DNA from: Podarcis bocagei
Lineage: Eukaryota
Length of the DNA stretch: 64,000 nt
Reading direction: 5' to 3' (one strand)
Assembly: GCA_964188305.1 (NCBI GenBank)
Contig: OZ076895.1
Of the stretch, positions 61,901 through 64,000 are shown in pieces. Position 1 is the stretch's first letter; the number at the start of each line of letters is the position of its first letter. The translations under genes and the position numbers were made by a program. A model generated the notes under the pieces. It did no database searches, was not told where the DNA came from, and saw nothing but the letters and a program-made list of their open reading frames with translations.

Positions 61901-62690
61901 TTTAGTCCCCTGGTGTGCAGTTCTAGAGACCTTTGGAACCCTAATTAACCAGAAACGGTGACAAACGTGGTTTTGCTGTGATGAGGAATTGCCTAGAATT
62001 GGGAGGGAGAGGGGAAACGTTTCCTCCCCCCCCTTCGGTGAGCCGCTTTTTTCTTCATAAATTGTAGGATCCAAGCCAGAGTGTTTAAAATGTTTTAAGA
62101 AGCGGTGGCACAAAGATGTTCGCTAGCTGACATCTGAGGCTGCTAATTTGAGCAAAAGAAAGGCCTGTCACGGAGAGGGTGGGCCTCGCCCACCTGTGCA
62201 AGTGTCATCTCTGTTACCAGGACAAGGCTGCTAAGTCTGGGCTGCCGGCCAGGACTCAGCTTGGGGCATCCGAGCCTCTAGAATAAATTACTGCCTAGAG
62301 TTTCAGTGGGAGTTGGTTGACTGCTTCTTGCACTCTGTTGGGTAGCACCCATTGTGAAGCAATCTTTTGCTCACCCCAGTGTAGTCTTAAACAAATTGAC
62401 TCCCGTGGTGCACTTATTGCCCCCGCAAGCGTGGCATTCCTTGTGATGACTCTTTTTCCCCATACCTAGGTGAACTGGACGCCCTTCCTGGGCAGAGAGA
62501 GAGAGCTACAGCAATTCTCTTAGCCTGCCGCCACCTTCCCCTCTCCTTCCTGTCGTCCCCGGGCCAGCGAGCCGTCCTGCTGGCGGAAGCAGCCCGCACA
62601 CTGGAGAAAGTTGGAGACAAGCGTTCCTGCAATGATTGTCAGCAGATGATTGTGAAGCTGAGTGGCGGCACAGCAATTGCGGCTTCCTAA
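31834..62690 (+). CDS. SREBF2: SREBF2 (SREBP-2), 1119 aa, 19 coding exons
   Basis: 19 GT-AG exons sum to 3360 nt in frame. b[23 protein letters not shown] with the SREBP-specific Tyr, DRSR and NP (S2P), RSIL (S1P RxxL), two TM helices, C-terminus GGTAIAAS. Confidence 0.98.
37950..38344 (+). mobile_element. Sauria SINE, full length
   Basis: tRNA-like head, ACCTT tail, flanking duplication TTCTACTTGTTAT (37933 and 38345). Confidence 0.9.
38867..39002. mobile_element. hAT MITE (family of 1944-2079)
   Basis: TIRs CAGGCATAGGCAAACTCAGCCCTCCA; TSD GGTTGCAT/GGTTACAT. Confidence 0.87.
40291..40362 (+). mobile_element. CR1 3' terminus
   Basis: GGGTTGGACTAGATG...GGTCCCTTCCAACTCTA. Confidence 0.75.
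41048..41307. mobile_element. Tc1/mariner (Tigger-like) MITE
   Basis: End GAGGTACCACTG followed by TA; degenerate left TIR; CpG-rich interior. Confidence 0.7.
42981..43232. mobile_element. hAT non-autonomous element
   Basis: CAGGGGTCAGCAAACT...AGTTTGCCTACCCATG, TSD ATATAGGA/TTATAGGA. Confidence 0.85.
44037..44426 (+). CDS. SREBF2: SREBF2 exon 2
   Basis: [17 protein letters not shown]...NAATSFQ. Confidence 0.96.
46122..46303 (+). CDS. SREBF2: SREBF2 exon 3
   Basis: [17 protein letters not shown]...QVQQVP. Confidence 0.96.
47113..47253 (+). CDS. SREBF2: SREBF2 exon 4
   Basis: [19 protein letters not shown]...TTALQ. Confidence 0.93.
47590..47935 (-). mobile_element. L2-type LINE RT fragment
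   Basis: - strand QYADESQ, a degenerate YADDTQ motif. Confidence 0.55.
47989..48213 (+). CDS. SREBF2: SREBF2 exon 5 (bHLH basic region, helix 1)
   Basis: TLVGGNG...[34 protein letters not shown]. Confidence 0.97.
48645..48759 (+). CDS. SREBF2: SREBF2 exon 6 (helix 2, zipper)
   Basis: [28 protein letters not shown]. Confidence 0.97.
48931..49112 (+). CDS. SREBF2: SREBF2 exon 7
   Basis: [13 protein letters not shown]...[10 protein letters not shown]...LLDDAK. Confidence 0.96.
49711..49903 (+). CDS. SREBF2: SREBF2 exon 8 (TM1, S2P and S1P sites)
   Basis: VKDEPDSP...[20 protein letters not shown]...GRSIL. Confidence 0.96.
50767..50948 (+). CDS. SREBF2: SREBF2 exon 9 (TM2)
   Basis: [20 protein letters not shown]...[10 protein letters not shown]. 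Confidence 0.96.
51711..51984 (+). CDS. SREBF2: SREBF2 exon 10
   Basis: [14 protein letters not shown]...[10 protein letters not shown]. Confidence 0.96.
52760..52929 (+). CDS. SREBF2: SREBF2 exon 11
   Basis: [24 protein letters not shown]...KLGFLA. Confidence 0.95.
53142..53310 (+). CDS. SREBF2: SREBF2 exon 12
   Basis: [11 protein letters not shown]...[14 protein letters not shown]...QRNP. Confidence 0.96.
53834..53954 (+). CDS. SREBF2: SREBF2 exon 13
   Basis: [27 protein letters not shown]. Confidence 0.95.
54452..54820 (+). mobile_element. Sauria SINE
   Basis: Head GGACGCGGGTGGTGCTGTGG, ACCTT tail, flanking CTTACTAAG duplication. Confidence 0.87.
54919..55028 (+). CDS. SREBF2: SREBF2 exon 14
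   Basis: [21 protein letters not shown]...RSAL. Confidence 0.95.
56834..56966 (+). CDS. SREBF2: SREBF2 exon 15
   Basis: [29 protein letters not shown]. Confidence 0.94.
57020..57680 (+). mobile_element. L2-type LINE fragments (endonuclease and 3' end)
   Basis: RGGGVALVY endonuclease motif, then [13 protein letters not shown]. Confidence 0.7.
57833..58001 (+). CDS. SREBF2: SREBF2 exon 16
   Basis: [14 protein letters not shown]...[14 protein letters not shown]. Confidence 0.95.
58551..58620 (+). ncRNA. MIR33A: pre-miR-33 hairpin in SREBF2 intron 16 (mature 5p 58556-58576)
   Basis: Exact GTGCATTGTAGTTGCATTGCA; 3p arm CAATGTTTCCGCAGTGCAGCAC (58596-58617); known conserved intron-16 location. 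Confidence 0.97.
58962..59309 (+). pseudogene. RPL36 processed pseudogene
   Basis: Intronless [20 protein letters not shown]...LTKHTKFV*...KISKDK*...[16 protein letters not shown]...MRKAAAQKD*; two stops, one frameshift, AATAAA at 59304. Confidence 0.92.
60721..60906 (+). CDS. SREBF2: SREBF2 exon 17
   Basis: [21 protein letters not shown]...FRPAYRK. Confidence 0.96.
61657..61768 (+). CDS. SREBF2: SREBF2 exon 18
   Basis: [30 protein letters not shown]. Confidence 0.96.
62470..62690 (+). CDS. SREBF2: SREBF2 exon 19 (last coding)
   Basis: [28 protein letters not shown]...GGTAIAAS*. Confidence 0.96.
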
Positions 62691-62744
62691 CCGTGGAGGA
62701 TTGCAGCCTCGTCGCTCATTGAACGGGATTCTTGCCCCTTCCTA

Positions 62745-62782
62745 CCCTCCTCTTCCTCCTCCTCCTCCTCCTCCTCCTCCTC
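62745..62782. repeat. (CCT)n tract in SREBF2 3' UTR
   Basis: Direct reading. Confidence 0.9.
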
Positions 62783-63746
62783 CCTTTTTGAACACTGTTC
62801 CAGGTTAGGACCATGAAAGTTGTGATACGCTAGCCAGGGTAGGGTCTTCTTGTAAACCAGCTTTTGTTGCTAGTATATGCCTTCTAGTACAAAGGGTCCC
62901 ACACTGGAGCTAGAGAGTGTTCGCATTTTCGCACACTGAGAGAAGAATTTGGAATAGTGATGAAGAAGGGTGGGTTCTGAAAGGTTGGTCCCCCACCTCT
63001 TTACAAAACAATCTATCTTTTGAGGAGGGGTTTTCTAGAAAGTAAGAAGAGCGGCCCTCAGCCCTTTTCCTGGCATCTGCGGTGGCCCTTGATCTGCACA
63101 TCAGGTGCCATATGCTTTTGGCAGACCCAGAGAGGAGATCTGGCTCCTTGGTCCTCAGTGGGTTGCATAGAAGCTTTTCTATAGATTCTGCATTCTCTGA
63201 GAGCCTTTGGAGGTTCTCCTAAGGAAGGGCATCACAGTTTTTAATGCAATTTGGGGTTTTTATAGAATTTTATGGCTTTATAAGCACTATGGACAACATC
63301 TAGGTTTCTCTTCCATCTTCTGTGTCCTCCCTTCCACTTCTTACTCATGTATCTGCCACCTGGCAGCCGATGGAGCCATACTGTCGTTATCTTTGGAGTT
63401 GTATTTCCATGCCCTAAAAGAGGGGACAAGGATGGACTTAGTGGTGAACCAGAAGCAGATTTAAGCTTGTGATTTAAAAAGCATGCATAGACAAACCACT
63501 GCTCTTTGTTTATGTTTTTTTTTAAAAAAAAATACCTGCAGACCCCCCACTCCTCCCCAAGATCTGGATTAGGATCACAGAGAGGGGATTGCGCATTACT
63601 TTTAGAAGTTTGTTGCTGCTGGTTTTTTTGGGGGGGGGAACCCCAAGACAAACTACAGCTTGGGGAAGATTTTCAGCAGGAAAAATAGCACAGAGAGGAA
63701 AGGTTAAAAACCCCTCCTGATCAGCGCTCCTACTGTTTCTTTTGTA

Positions 63747-63752
63747 AATAAA
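63747..63752 (+). terminator. Candidate SREBF2 polyadenylation signal
   Basis: AATAAA ~1.06 kb after the stop codon, preceded by a U-rich tract. Confidence 0.5.
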
Positions 63753-64000
63753 GAGACACCGTAAGTCTAAGTGCATTTTTTGAATCACACGCTTAAAGTC
63801 AGCATTGAGTTTTACCTTAACAAAAAAGCAAACTAGGGGCTGAATTCATTGTTCTCTGTCCGCTAGTGCGAGACCAGAGCTTAAAGTTTTGGGCCACAAA
63901 GAAATCCAATGCAACAGTTGTGCTAGCCAAAGCTTGTTGTGCAACAATTTTAGGCAATGCATTTGTGCTTTTTTGCACAGAAGTGTTTTGCCAGTGCAAC

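Overview
Vertebrate genomic DNA, most likely from a lacertid lizard, judging by young Sauria SINEs plus squamate CR1/L2/RTE LINE fragments and hAT/Tc1 MITEs. Three protein-coding genes lie on the + strand in the same order as human 22q13.2: the last two coding exons of MEI1 (917-2672), complete CCDC134 (non-coding exon 1 at ~6.2 kb; 6 coding exons 18567-26846; 229 aa) and complete SREBF2 (19 coding exons 31834-62690; 1119 aa). SREBF2 has an SRE/NF-Y promoter and intronic miR-33. Less obvious content: (1) a decayed SPIDR-like OB-fold gene antisense inside CCDC134 intron 1 (~9.8-14.5 kb, perhaps to 17.6 kb); (2) U12-type minor introns in MEI1 and CCDC134; (3) a sense RPL36 retro-pseudogene with AATAAA just downstream of miR-33; (4) miR-33 seed matches in the SREBF2 3' region; (5) an overlapping uORF on CCDC134; (6) a recursive-splice-like start to SREBF2 exon 11. 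All protein comparisons are by eye against reference sequences recalled from memory, with no database search.
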